A stretch of DNA of 64,000 nucleotides from Bdellovibrionota bacterium (GTDB taxonomy: Bacteria > Bdellovibrionota_G > JALEGL01 > DATDPG01), in assembly GCA_963668355.1 (NCBI GenBank), contig OY764265.1:864001-928000 (forward strand), written 5' to 3'. Position 1 is the first letter of the stretch. Each line of letters starts with the position of its first letter. Position numbers and translations under genes: made by a program. Below, piece by piece: positions 18,480-27,925 of this stretch. The notes under the pieces were generated by a model. That model made no database searches, was not told the DNA's origin, and saw only the letters and a program-made list of their open reading frames with translations.

Positions 18480-18947
18480 TCGATTTTACGCCGATCCGGG
18501 CAAATCAATACCTCACAACCAGCATCTTAAGAATCGGCCTCTTCTCCTCTCCGCATGGGTTTGACACAAGCATAAAGTGGGGAGGCACCATGACCAGCAA
18601 ATCAAAATCCTCCTCCCAAGAAAGCCCTTACAACATCTAAACTTGAGCGTATTTATCTGTTTTTAAAGTAATTTTAACGATTTAAAAAATTCCAAAATCC
18701 TCCCGCCCCCTTCAAACACGCTAGGAACAGCAAAAAAATGGACGATTGAAAAAAACTTCAGTTTCCTCTTGAAAAGCGGTCGCCAATCACCATAAGTTAC
18801 AACTACGGCGTAAACGATACGTCACCCTACACTGCCATATATTTGGAACGGCTGTCTTCGTTAGAAAAGATGGCATGGAGTTATTTACTCTTTGCGTCCG
18901 AAAAGGTAGGGGAAGATCTTGTGGTACTGAACCTTGGAGGGAAATAC

Positions 18948-21737
18948 ATGGAGTCGCAGGTAGTAAAGATCAAGTCGAAGCTGAACGAAGAAACCAGCTC
19001 TGCAAAAAGCGAAGCAAAAGGAAAGAAAGGCATGAGCCGAAAGGTGGGAAAGGGGATTCCTTTCACGCGTTATTTTACCAAGAAGAGCGTGCATCCATTT
19101 GATGAAGTGGAATGGGATCTTCGAGAAGCTGTGATCACAAACGAAAACGGGGAAATCGTTTTCGAGCAAAAGAATGTGGAATTTCCAAAGTCTTGGTCCC
19201 TGCTTGCCACAAATGTTGTTGTCTCCAAGTATTTCCGTGGAGCATTGAATACCCCGGAACGGGAGACTTCCGTCAAACAACTCATCAGCCGCGTTTCAAC
19301 GACCATTGCCGATTGGGCTCGCAAGGATCGATATTTCGCAGGCGAAGCCGAAGCACAATCCTTTCAAGACGAATTAACGCATTTACTGTTGCATCAGAAG
19401 ATGGCGTTCAACTCTCCGGTATGGTTCAACGTTGGAATCGAACCCAAGCCACAATGTTCGGCTTGTTTCATCAATTCCGTTTCCGATTCCATGGAGTCCA
19501 TCCTCGAGTTGGCAAAAACCGAGGGAATGCTGTTTAAGGGAGGATCGGGAGCGGGGTGCAACCTTTCTCCTCTCCGCTCTTCTCGCGAACAACTTTCGGG
19601 AGGCGGCGATGCATCAGGCCCCGTTTCATTCATGAAAGGATACGATGCATTTGCGGGCGTCATCAAGTCGGGCGGAAAAACCCGAAGAGCCGCAAAAATG
19701 GTGATTTTGGATATTGACCATCCAGACATTGTTGAATTCATTCAATGTAAAGAAGTCGAAGAAAAGAAAGCCTGGACGTTGATTGATGCCGGTTACTCTC
19801 CCTCGTTTAATGGAGAAGCTTACTCATCCATCTTCTTCCAAAATTCGAACAATTCCATTCGCGTAACCGACGAGTTCATGGAAGCCGTTGAACATGATCG
19901 CACCTGGAACACGCGTGCGGTGACAACCGGAGAACCCACGGACAGCTATCGAGCCCGTGACCTGATGAAAATGGTATCTGACTCCGCGTGGATCTGTGGA
20001 GATCCGGGCGTTCAATTCGATACCACGATCAACGATTGGCATACCTGCATCAACTCCGATCGGATCTATGCCTCGAATCCTTGCTCCGAATACATGTTCT
20101 TAAACGACACCGCCTGCAATTTAGCTTCGTTAAATCTTTTAAAGTTCGTCAACGAAGCGGGAACATTCGATGTTGATGCGTACCGAGCTGCGCTAAAAAC
20201 GACGATTTTGGCTCAAGAGATCATCGTTGAGAATGCTTCCTACCCCACCGCAACCATCGAAAAAAACAGCCATGACTTTCGCCCCTTGGGCATCGGCTAT
20301 GCCAATTTGGGCGCGCTACTCATGTCGATGGGTCTCCCATACAATTCAGATGCCGGCCGTGCTTACGCCGCCGCATTGACTGCGGTGATGTCGGGACAGA
20401 CCTATCAAGTTTCGGCTGAGGTGGCTCGGGACAGGGGGCCATTTGCTGGGTATTCGAAAAACCGAGAAGCCATGCTACGCGTGATTCAAAAACACGCTAA
20501 GGCCGTGGAGAGCATTGATCGAAATCTCATTCCTCCCGATTTATTCGAAAAAGCCCGAGAGGATTGGACTGGGGCGTACGAACTCGGGAAACGCTACGGT
20601 TTCCGAAATTCTCAAATCAGCGTCTTGGCCCCGACCGGCACCATCGGTTTCATGATGGACTGTGACACTACGGGCGTGGAACCTGATATCGCTTTGGTGA
20701 AATACAAAAAGTTGGTGGGTGGCGGTTTCTTAAAAATCGTGAACAAAACCGTTCCCATGGCCCTCAAAAAGCTGGAGTACGAAGAAGCGGAAATCAAAGA
20801 GATCATCAAATACATTGACGAAAACGATACCATCGAGGGAGCACCCGGCCTCAAGGACGAACATCTTTCTGTTTTTGATTGCGCATTCAAACCCCTCAAT
20901 GGCGAACGCTTCATTCATTACCGAGGTCACTTAAAAATGATGTCGGCGGTTCAACCTTTCATTTCGGGTGCCATTTCGAAAACGGTCAACGTACCCAACG
21001 AAATCACGTCGGACGAAATCAGCGATGTCTACATGGAGGCTTGGAAGCTTGGACTGAAAGCCATTGCGGTTTACCGAGATGGTTGCAAACGTTCTCAGCC
21101 GTTAAACACCGGAAAAGATAAGGCCAAAAAAGAGGAAGAAAAACCGTGGACAAAAAAACCACGACGACACCTACCCGACACACGCACGTCCATCACCCAT
21201 AAATTCAGTGTGGCTGGACATGAAGGATACATCACCGTCGGCATGTATCCAGATGGATCTCCCGGTGAAATTTTCATCGTCATGGCGAAAGAGGGATCAG
21301 TGGTCTCCGGGCTCATGGACTCATTCGCGACGGCCATTTCCATGACCTTGCAGTATGGCGTTCCTTTGGAGGTGCTGATCAACAAGTTTAGTCATATGCG
21401 ATTCGAACCTTCTGGCATGACGTCAAACCGAGACATCCCCTTTGCCAAGTCGGTTGTGGACTATATCTTCCGCTGGTTGGCTTCCCGATTCTTAAAGAAG
21501 GAAGACCAACTCAAAGTTGGGGTCTTGAACCACGAAGAAATCACAACGGAAACCAAGGAAGAAAAAAGCGAGCCTTCTACCAAAGGCATAGCTGGAGCCG
21601 AGTTAGCTGGTGGACAAAAATGGTCCTTTCAGCTCCAAGAAGACGCTCCTCCTTGTCACGACTGCGGATCGATCATGATCCGAAACGGTGTCTGCTATAA
21701 ATGTGTCAACTGCGGTGCCACCAGTGGCTGCAGCTGA
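18948..21737 (+). CDS. nrdJ: Adenosylcobalamin-dependent class II ribonucleotide reductase with TSCPD domain and C-terminal zinc ribbon
   Basis: FNSPVWFN, PQCSACFI, KSGGKTRRAAKM, NPCSEY, APTGTI, YRDGCK, CHDC..CVNCGATSGCS; start placed at the ATG after GGAGG. Confidence 0.96.
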   Translation: MESQVVKIKSKLNEETSSAKSEAKGKKGMSRKVGKGIPFTRYFTKKSVHPFDEVEWDLREAVITNENGEIVFEQKNVEFPKSWSLLATNVVVSKYFRGALNTPERETSVKQLISRVSTTIADWARKDRYFAGEAEAQSFQDELTHLLLHQKMAFNSPVWFNVGIEPKPQCSACFINSVSDSMESILELAKTEGMLFKGGSGAGCNLSPLRSSREQLSGGGDASGPVSFMKGYDAFAGVIKSGGKTRRAAKMVILDIDHPDIVEFIQCKEVEEKKAWTLIDAGYSPSFNGEAYSSIFFQNSNNSIRVTDEFMEAVEHDRTWNTRAVTTGEPTDSYRARDLMKMVSDSAWICGDPGVQFDTTINDWHTCINSDRIYASNPCSEYMFLNDTACNLASLNLLKFVNEAGTFDVDAYRAALKTTILAQEIIVENASYPTATIEKNSHDFRPLGIGYANLGALLMSMGLPYNSDAGRAYAAALTAVMSGQTYQVSAEVARDRGPFAGYSKNREAMLRVIQKHAKAVESIDRNLIPPDLFEKAREDWTGAYELGKRYGFRNSQISVLAPTGTIGFMMDCDTTGVEPDIALVKYKKLVGGGFLKIVNKTVPMALKKLEYEEAEIKEIIKYIDENDTIEGAPGLKDEHLSVFDCAFKPLNGERFIHYRGHLKMMSAVQPFISGAISKTVNVPNEITSDEISDVYMEAWKLGLKAIAVYRDGCKRSQPLNTGKDKAKKEEEKPWTKKPRRHLPDTRTSITHKFSVAGHEGYITVGMYPDGSPGEIFIVMAKEGSVVSGLMDSFATAISMTLQYGVPLEVLINKFSHMRFEPSGMTSNRDIPFAKSVVDYIFRWLASRFLKKEDQLKVGVLNHEEITTETKEEKSEPSTKGIAGAELAGGQKWSFQLQEDAPPCHDCGSIMIRNGVCYKCVNCGATSGCS

Positions 21738-21767
21738 TCTTTGAAGTAGTAGACTTCCCCCCAAAAA

Positions 21768-21805
21768 AAAGGTCCCCGGAAGAACAGGTTCTTCCGGGGA
21801 CCTTT
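21768..21805. terminator. Bidirectional intrinsic terminator between nrdJ and ferredoxin
   Basis: AAAGGTCCCCGGAAGAAC-ag-GTTCTTCCGGGGACCTTT with A/T tracts on both sides. Confidence 0.85.
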
Positions 21806-21827
21806 CGTTTATGGAATGACTTTTTAA

Positions 21828-22070
21828 TTATCCTTCGAAATGTTTTCGATTCTTTTCAATGAATGATTGCCATTTCTCGGGCACTTCATCTTCAGCAAAA
21901 ATCGCGTTAACCGGACAAACCGGCTCGCAAGCTGCACAATCCAAACAATCGTCGGGATTGATATAGAGTTGTTCGTCGTTATCTCCCCCTTGAATGCATT
22001 CCGTTGGACAGACTTCCACACAGGCTTTGTCTTTAACGCCAATACACGGTTCAGCAATAATATGAGCCAC
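21828..22070 (-). CDS. Dicluster ferredoxin (FdxA-like)
   Basis: PCIGVKDKACVEVCP and CLDCAACEPVCP; GTG start with AAGGAG RBS. Confidence 0.92.
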   Translation of the reverse strand: MAHIIAEPCIGVKDKACVEVCPTECIQGGDNDEQLYINPDDCLDCAACEPVCPVNAIFAEDEVPEKWQSFIEKNRKHFEG

Positions 22071-22126
22071 TTTTTTCTCCTTATGGCAAACCGAAACAGG
22101 GTTTTAAGTGTCCCCTCTTTCGTAAT

Positions 22127-22690
22127 ATGATCATTTCCGTGAAGCTCTATACAAAAAAAGGCGACCAAGGACAAACGGGAATTCTCTCCAATCAAAGGGT
22201 ATTGAAAAATAACCCAATTTTAGAGGCTTATGGAGATGTGGATGAACTTTCGGCCATTCTTGGGTTGGCCCAGACGAAGAACTGCCCGCCCGCTCTCGAG
22301 ACCCATCTGAAGCGAATTCAATCTGAACTCTTGGTCTTGGGAACCGAACTTGCCTCCTTAGACATGGAGGAAAAGCAGCGAAAAAAGCTGCCTCAGCTCA
22401 ATGAGGAGATGATTTCCCAACTGGAGCAGGAGATTGATCAAATGGATGCGGAGTTGGAGCCCCTCACCAACTTCATTTTGCCTGGAGGGGCAGCGAGTGC
22501 TTGCCACTTGCATATGGCCCGAACCGTCTGCCGTCGAGCTGAGCGCCGAACGGTCGTCCTTCGGGAAAAATTGGAGAACAGGCCTTCCATTCTTCCTTAT
22601 TTAAACCGACTTTCGGACTGGTTATTTGTGGCCGCCCGATGGAGCAACCTCAAAGCCGGAGAAAGAGACCATCTTTGGAATGCTTCCTAG
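22127..22690 (+). CDS. PduO-type ATP:cob(I)alamin adenosyltransferase
   Basis: KLYTKKGDQGQT, YGDVDEL, FILPGG, ARTVCRRAER, YLNRLSDWLF. Confidence 0.93.
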   Translation: MIISVKLYTKKGDQGQTGILSNQRVLKNNPILEAYGDVDELSAILGLAQTKNCPPALETHLKRIQSELLVLGTELASLDMEEKQRKKLPQLNEEMISQLEQEIDQMDAELEPLTNFILPGGAASACHLHMARTVCRRAERRTVVLREKLENRPSILPYLNRLSDWLFVAARWSNLKAGERDHLWNAS

Positions 22691-23535
22691 TCCGCCACCA
22701 AACTTTTCAAAACGAAGAAAACATTCTCTTTTCGCTCCCTCAATCGTCTATAAAAATAGGGAAACCAATGCGTGCCATAGGGCACATATAAGCGTACGTG
22801 GTGGCCCGCTTTCGCGAGCTCTCGGGCTCGCTTCCGCCTAAGGCCGTAAAGCATCTGAAATTCGTATTGTTCCCGAGGTATGTTTTCTTTGGCAGTATAT
22901 TCCAAGGTCCAATCAATGAGCTGATCATCATGCGTAGCCATGGCCACATGAGAACCCTCTTTCCACAGAATTTCTGCCATCAACTTAAAATTTCGACGAA
23001 TATCGTCCATTCGTTGGAAGGCTATATTGGGAGACTCCTTATACGCCCCTTTGCATATGCGCACGGGAGCCTTAAGGCTTCCTAGTCGTCGAATGTCATC
23101 TTCCGTTCGACGTAAATAGGCTTGAATGACAATTCCGACATTCTTATGGTTTTGAAAAAGACGATGATAAATATCTAACGTGCGTTGAGTATATTCAGAC
23201 CCTTCCATGTCTATTCGCACGAAATTATTATATTGCGCCGCCCGTGTGACAATTTTCTCAAGGGTCTGAAAACAAAAATCGTTCGAGATGTCCAAACCCA
23301 TTTGCGTAAGCTTCAGGGAAACATGGCTATCTATCTTCTCGCTCGCGATTCCATCCAGCAGACGAAGATATCCTTCCGAGGCATTGACCGCCTCTTCCTC
23401 ATTGGAGACATTTTCCCCCAATATATCCAGCGTTGCATGGATGTTTTCGGCATTGAGATGTTTTACCGCATCGACAGCTTTTTCCTGGTGTTCCCCAGCG
23501 ACAAATCGTTTGGCTAAAAAAGTAAGTGCTTTCAT
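22687..23535 (-). CDS. Monofunctional proline dehydrogenase
   Basis: RFVAGE, SLKLTQMG, RIDME, QAYLRRT, RICKGAY, ATHD, EFQMLYG, YVPYG..RRLRE. Confidence 0.93.
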   Translation of the reverse strand: MKALTFLAKRFVAGEHQEKAVDAVKHLNAENIHATLDILGENVSNEEEAVNASEGYLRLLDGIASEKIDSHVSLKLTQMGLDISNDFCFQTLEKIVTRAAQYNNFVRIDMEGSEYTQRTLDIYHRLFQNHKNVGIVIQAYLRRTEDDIRRLGSLKAPVRICKGAYKESPNIAFQRMDDIRRNFKLMAEILWKEGSHVAMATHDDQLIDWTLEYTAKENIPREQYEFQMLYGLRRKRARELAKAGHHVRLYVPYGTHWFPYFYRRLRERKENVFFVLKSLVAD

Positions 23536-23711
23536 ATTTTCAATATCCAAAGGGTTAAGAAGAGTAGGCAAACAACAAGTAGAAGTGTGTTATTCCTTCG
23601 ATTCCACACAGTAAGGCTTGTATGAACTTCGAGCTTATTTCCGCAGACCGAGCAAAACCGATCCATCTCTTGGACCTCGGCCTGACAACGGCTGCACTGA
23701 CTCTGTTTCAT
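23532..23711 (-). CDS. Small zinc-ribbon membrane protein
   Basis: CSRC...DRFCSVCG then C-terminal TM; ATGA overlap with the proline dehydrogenase start. Confidence 0.6.
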   Translation of the reverse strand: MKQSQCSRCQAEVQEMDRFCSVCGNKLEVHTSLTVWNRRNNTLLLVVCLLFLTLWILKI

Positions 23712-23765
23712 CGCCGGATACCATACTGGACGCGAGGCCCTTTTTCCAGGCATACTTATCGTAGA

Positions 23766-24191
23766 ATGTCAGCATTGAATCGCTTCACCTCCAAATGGAA
23801 ACAGAGACTTAACCGGCGCCTCTATAAGAGAATGCCATGCACAGCCAAGGTCTTTTTATACGATCCCGTTGAAGAAAAAGGGGTTCAGGGAACCCTCCAA
23901 GCTTGGAGCCTGGGAGGCGTCTCCTTTTATGCTCCGTCCGCAGCCTGCCAAGGTAAAACGGTTTGTGTGCGGTTTTCGGTCCCGGAATGGCTTGAAAAGC
24001 CCGTCACGATTTCAGGGGTCATTTTGAAAAAAGAGCGTGTAAAATCCAACGACTACTTTTTTGTGGTTCTTTTCTCCAACTGGGAAGAGCCTGATCGCAT
24101 TCGACTGCGAGAGGCTCTCCTTAATCCCCGTCGGGAATTCGAATATCAGATATCTCAAGCTCACGACGTCCCCCCGGAGCTTGAACCGTAA
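23766..24191 (+). CDS. PilZ domain protein (partly degenerate)
   Basis: RLYKR, AWSLGG (D/N replaced by A); start inferred; 3' end overlaps greA. Confidence 0.65.
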   Translation: MSALNRFTSKWKQRLNRRLYKRMPCTAKVFLYDPVEEKGVQGTLQAWSLGGVSFYAPSAACQGKTVCVRFSVPEWLEKPVTISGVILKKERVKSNDYFFVVLFSNWEEPDRIRLREALLNPRREFEYQISQAHDVPPELEP

Positions 24192-24606
24192 CCACGTCGC
24201 CCACTTCTTTTCCGATCAAAGCCTTCGCCAAAGGAGCGGTCACGGACACTCTCCCTGCATTGATATCCGCCTCGTCTTCACCAACGATTTGGTAACTCAT
24301 TTCCTTTTCCGCTTGAACGTCAAAAACATCCACACACACACCAAAAACAACGCGTTCATCCGTCATTTGAGAGGGGTCGATCACTTCCGCACGACCTACT
24401 TGGTCCTCCAACATCCGAATCCGAGCTTCCACATGCCCTTGTTTTTCCTTTGCTGCATGGTATTCAGCGTTCTCACTTAAGTCGCCATGTGCACGAGCCT
24501 CTTCAATTTCCTGAACAATTTTGGGCCGCTCAATCTTTTTCAACCGGCTAAGCTCGGTAACAAGTTTCTCTTTACCTTTTATGGTTACAGGTACGCGTTC
24601 TGTCAT
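24121..24606 (-). CDS. greA: Transcription elongation factor GreA
   Basis: ARAHGDLSENAEYHAAKE, YQIVGEDEAD, APLAKALIGK. Confidence 0.96.
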   Translation of the reverse strand: MTERVPVTIKGKEKLVTELSRLKKIERPKIVQEIEEARAHGDLSENAEYHAAKEKQGHVEARIRMLEDQVGRAEVIDPSQMTDERVVFGVCVDVFDVQAEKEMSYQIVGEDEADINAGRVSVTAPLAKALIGKEVGDVVTVQAPGGRRELEISDIRIPDGD

Positions 24607-24769
24607 GTCACTTTCCACATTGTTTATTCGCCCACGAGGAAAACCCCTGTTTCTCTTGTGCGAAAATTGGCTTTGTTCGCTCTCACAACATCCATATTTG
24701 GGGAGCGAAAAGAAACGAGGATGCTACCCATCTTCAACAAAATAGCAAGGCCACCCTCTGTGATATGCT

Positions 24770-25576
24770 TTGGCCATGAAAATTACGCCTCAATCCGTCA
24801 TTGCCATCACCGGAGCCTCTCGAGGCATTGGACGCCAAGCGGCACTAACCTTTGCCAAACGACATGCTAGCATCGTTTTGCTTTCGAGAGATCAATCCCG
24901 AATGGAAAAGGTTTCACAAGAAATTCAAGAACTTGGCGGAAAGCCCCTCGTACTCCGTTGTGACGTTTCCAACGAAAGTGAATGTCACGCTTGGGTGCCC
25001 AAAGCCCTCGACCGTTTCGGTCGGATAGATGTCTTGGTCAACAACGCTGGATTCGGGACCTATTGCCAAATGGCCGACCTTCCCACCGAAATTTTAAATT
25101 CCACACTTCGAACGAATCTTCACGGCGCCCTATGGTGCACCCAAGCCGTTCTTCCTCATATGAAGAAACAGGGGTCAGGACATATCGTCAATGTCTCCAC
25201 GGTGATTTCCGTTCGCTCCATGCCTTTTATGGGGGTTTACTGCCTGAGCAAGGCGGCCATGAACGCAATGACAGAAAGCCTGCTATTGGAGCTGAAACCC
25301 AATCAGATTGGAGTGACTCTCTTGTGTCCAGGGTTGACGGCCACTGATTTTCAAATGAATGCTCACGAAATCAACTACAAGGCTCCGGTCAGCAATGAAA
25401 AAGGCATGTCGGCTGAAAAAGTGGGGCGGCAAATTTTGAAAGCCGTAGAAAAAAACAAATCTCGAGTGTATCTCACCAAGGCTGGAAAACTTCTGGTTTT
25501 CCTCCAGAGGCTTTGTCCAAGATTCGTGGATTTTATTTTGTATCAAGGCATGGTGAAACGAAAGGCCTTTAAATAG
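24770..25576 (+). CDS. Short-chain dehydrogenase/reductase
   Basis: TGASRGIG, NNAG, YCLSK. Confidence 0.93.
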   Translation: MAMKITPQSVIAITGASRGIGRQAALTFAKRHASIVLLSRDQSRMEKVSQEIQELGGKPLVLRCDVSNESECHAWVPKALDRFGRIDVLVNNAGFGTYCQMADLPTEILNSTLRTNLHGALWCTQAVLPHMKKQGSGHIVNVSTVISVRSMPFMGVYCLSKAAMNAMTESLLLELKPNQIGVTLLCPGLTATDFQMNAHEINYKAPVSNEKGMSAEKVGRQILKAVEKNKSRVYLTKAGKLLVFLQRLCPRFVDFILYQGMVKRKAFK

Positions 25577-25581
25577 GAGGA

Positions 25582-26460
25582 ATGGCTGTGACAAAGACGC
25601 GAGAACAAAACGTTCGCCAAATTCTTCTTTTGGCTCTCGGCCTGAACATATTTGTGGCCTTGCTCAAACTCGGTTACGGACTCCTCACGCACACGCTTTC
25701 AATGACATCTGACGGACTCCACTCCTTCACAGACGCGGGTTCAAGCATCATGGGATTGATTGCCATCTTCTACGCGTCAAAGCCGTCTGATGACAACCAT
25801 CACTACGGGCATCAAAAATATGAAACGCTTGCGGCCTTGGGCATCGGCTTGTTCATCATCTTAACCAGTTGGGAAATCATAAAGCACGCAATCGCTCGTT
25901 TTTTTTCTACTCAAGCTCCCTCTTTTCACCCCATCGGAATCGCCATCATTCTTTTCACCATCGTCATAAATATTTTTCTGTCGTGGATCGAGCGAAAAAA
26001 GGGTGAGGAGTATAAAAGCGCAATTCTAAGAGCCGACGCTGCCCACACGAGTTCGGATATCTTTGTTTCCATTTCCGTTCTGCTTTCTTTGATCGTGATT
26101 CATTTCGGCTTCCCAAAAATTGATGCCATCATCTCATTGCTTTTGGTCGTATATTTTGGCTTCGTGGCTTATTCCTTGCTGAAAGAAAATATATTCGTCT
26201 TGTCGGACGCCGCATTCATCGATCCCAAAAAAGTTCAAGAGACCGTCACGGCCATTCCTGGCGTATTGTCCTGCCATCGCGTTCGAACCCGGGGAAAGCC
26301 TGGAGAGGCCTTTGTGGATCTTCACATCGAGATCAATGCCAAAACCGACATCACAACCTCTCATGACCTTGTGCATCGTGTGGAGTCGGAACTAAAAGAA
26401 AAACTCGAGGGAATTCGAGATGTTATGATTCACACCGAACCCTTTCCAAACTCAGACTAA
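25582..26460 (+). CDS. Cation diffusion facilitator (FieF-like) transporter
   Basis: SDGLHSFTD, HHYGHQKYE, ADAAHTSSD, VDLHIE, IHTEP. Confidence 0.93.
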   Translation: MAVTKTREQNVRQILLLALGLNIFVALLKLGYGLLTHTLSMTSDGLHSFTDAGSSIMGLIAIFYASKPSDDNHHYGHQKYETLAALGIGLFIILTSWEIIKHAIARFFSTQAPSFHPIGIAIILFTIVINIFLSWIERKKGEEYKSAILRADAAHTSSDIFVSISVLLSLIVIHFGFPKIDAIISLLLVVYFGFVAYSLLKENIFVLSDAAFIDPKKVQETVTAIPGVLSCHRVRTRGKPGEAFVDLHIEINAKTDITTSHDLVHRVESELKEKLEGIRDVMIHTEPFPNSD

Positions 26461-26553
26461 AAACACGCTTCCGACCCTTGACACGAAGAAAACCGTGTTT
26501 TTATTCCCCCATAGGCACTCAGAAAAACATTTTTTGAATTGGAGGATAGGAAC

Positions 26554-27036
26554 ATGATGTTAACACGATGGAGAAGAAATCCCGTTGGGTCAGTTGGCGA
26601 GCGTCCCTTTTTCTCCCTCTGGGAGGATATGGATCGCCTATTTGAAGAGGTATCCAAAGGTCTACCCAGCAATCCACTGGCTCACACAGATCGCACAGCC
26701 GGCTTTTCACCCCGTCTAGACATTTCAGAGGAAAAAGATCGATACACTCTCACAGCTGAACTCCCTGGCATGAATGAAAATCATGTTGAAATTTCTTACG
26801 ACGATGGCTTTTTGACCTTAAAGGGCGAAAAGAAGACCGAAGTCGAAAATAAAGATGCTCAGTACCATCGCATCGAAAGATCTTTTGGGAAGTTCGAACG
26901 AACCATTCAGCTTCCTCAAGAAATTGAGTCTGAAAAAATTGAAGCACGCTTTCGTCATGGGGTACTTACCGTTTCTCTCCCGAAAGCAAAAGTGGTCGAG
27001 AAAGCCGCCAAAAAAATTGAAATCAAGGCAGGATAA
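26554..27036 (+). CDS. Small heat shock protein (Hsp20/alpha-crystallin)
   Basis: AELPG, LTLKGEK, IERSFGKFERTIQLP, GVLTVSLPK; GGAGG RBS. Confidence 0.95.
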   Translation: MMLTRWRRNPVGSVGERPFFSLWEDMDRLFEEVSKGLPSNPLAHTDRTAGFSPRLDISEEKDRYTLTAELPGMNENHVEISYDDGFLTLKGEKKTEVENKDAQYHRIERSFGKFERTIQLPQEIESEKIEARFRHGVLTVSLPKAKVVEKAAKKIEIKAG

Positions 27037-27058
27037 AACCACGTAGTCTTCTCCCCCC

Positions 27059-27108
27059 GGGGCTTTGCGAATTGACCTGTGAAAAACACAGGTTTTCGGG
27101 AAGCCCCG
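27059..27108. terminator. Hairpin between convergent hsp20 and LOG genes
   Basis: GGGGCTT...ACCTGTG-aaaaa-CACAGGT...AAGCCCC. Confidence 0.55.
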
Positions 27109-27112
27109 AAGA

Positions 27113-27916
27113 CTACACATCGTAAATTCGTTTTAGCTCTTTTGTTAGATGATCAAATGCCTCTTGAGGGGTGTCACAAAACGTAAACAAATTCATATCT
27201 TCCGGGCTAAGGGTTCCGCGCTTGGCCAACTCTTCAAAGCGAATGACGTTTTTCCAATATTCCGATCCATATATAACCACGGGAATCTGTTTTCGAAATT
27301 TTCCCGTTTGAATCAGTGTGAGCACCTCTGCTAATTCGTCCAGCGTTCCAAATCCCCCAGGGAAGATCACCAAGGCTTTGGCCATATAGGCAAACCAGTA
27401 TTTGCGAATGAAGAAGTAGTGAAACTCAAAATTCAATTCAGGCGTGATGTATGGATTAAACCCCTGCTCGGAGGGAATGGAGATATTGAAACCGATGGAT
27501 AAACCATTGGCTTCACTGGCCCCCCGATTCGCCGCTTCCATAATTCCAGGGCCCCCTCCGGAACATACAATGAATCGTTTCTTCCCTTTTCCGAGTTTTT
27601 TCGACCAGTCGGTTAAGTTCCGCGACAATTCCACACATTCCTCATAATAATGCGCCATATCCAAGAGCGACTGGGAATGTTCCGTATTGCCACCCTCTTG
27701 TACGACTTTTTCATGATTCTTTTGGGCATCTTCTTGAGAAAGAAGTCTGGCCGAGCCGAAAAAGACAATCGTGTCCGAAATCTTATATTTTTCGAAACGG
27801 GCTTCCGGCTCCAAAAACTCTGCCAAAATGCGAATGGGACGCGCAACAGAACTATTAATGAATTCAGAGTTTCGATAGGCCTTATCCGGCGGACGCAATT
27901 CTTTTTCCTTCTTCAT
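27113..27916 (-). CDS. LOG family (TIGR00730-like) nucleotide hydrolase
   Basis: FFGSAR, SGGGPGIMEAANRGA, FHYFFIRK, PGGFGTLDE. Confidence 0.92.
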   Translation of the reverse strand: MKKEKELRPPDKAYRNSEFINSSVARPIRILAEFLEPEARFEKYKISDTIVFFGSARLLSQEDAQKNHEKVVQEGGNTEHSQSLLDMAHYYEECVELSRNLTDWSKKLGKGKKRFIVCSGGGPGIMEAANRGASEANGLSIGFNISIPSEQGFNPYITPELNFEFHYFFIRKYWFAYMAKALVIFPGGFGTLDELAEVLTLIQTGKFRKQIPVVIYGSEYWKNVIRFEELAKRGTLSPEDMNLFTFCDTPQEAFDHLTKELKRIYDV

Positions 27917-27925
27917 AGGTGCAGA

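Noticed and set aside
18700..18947. Cobalamin riboswitch upstream of nrdJ
   Set aside because: No recognisable GGGAA...GCCACTG / B12-box core
18843..18947. Longer TTG-start N-terminus of nrdJ
   Set aside because: ATG 18948 has a strong GGAGG RBS and the extension is not RNR-like
26477..26538. CIRCE or sigma32 site upstream of hsp20
   Set aside because: Only a left-arm-like TAGGCACTC with no GAGTGCTAA arm; the CTTGAC to CCCCAT spacing is 24 bp, too long for sigma32
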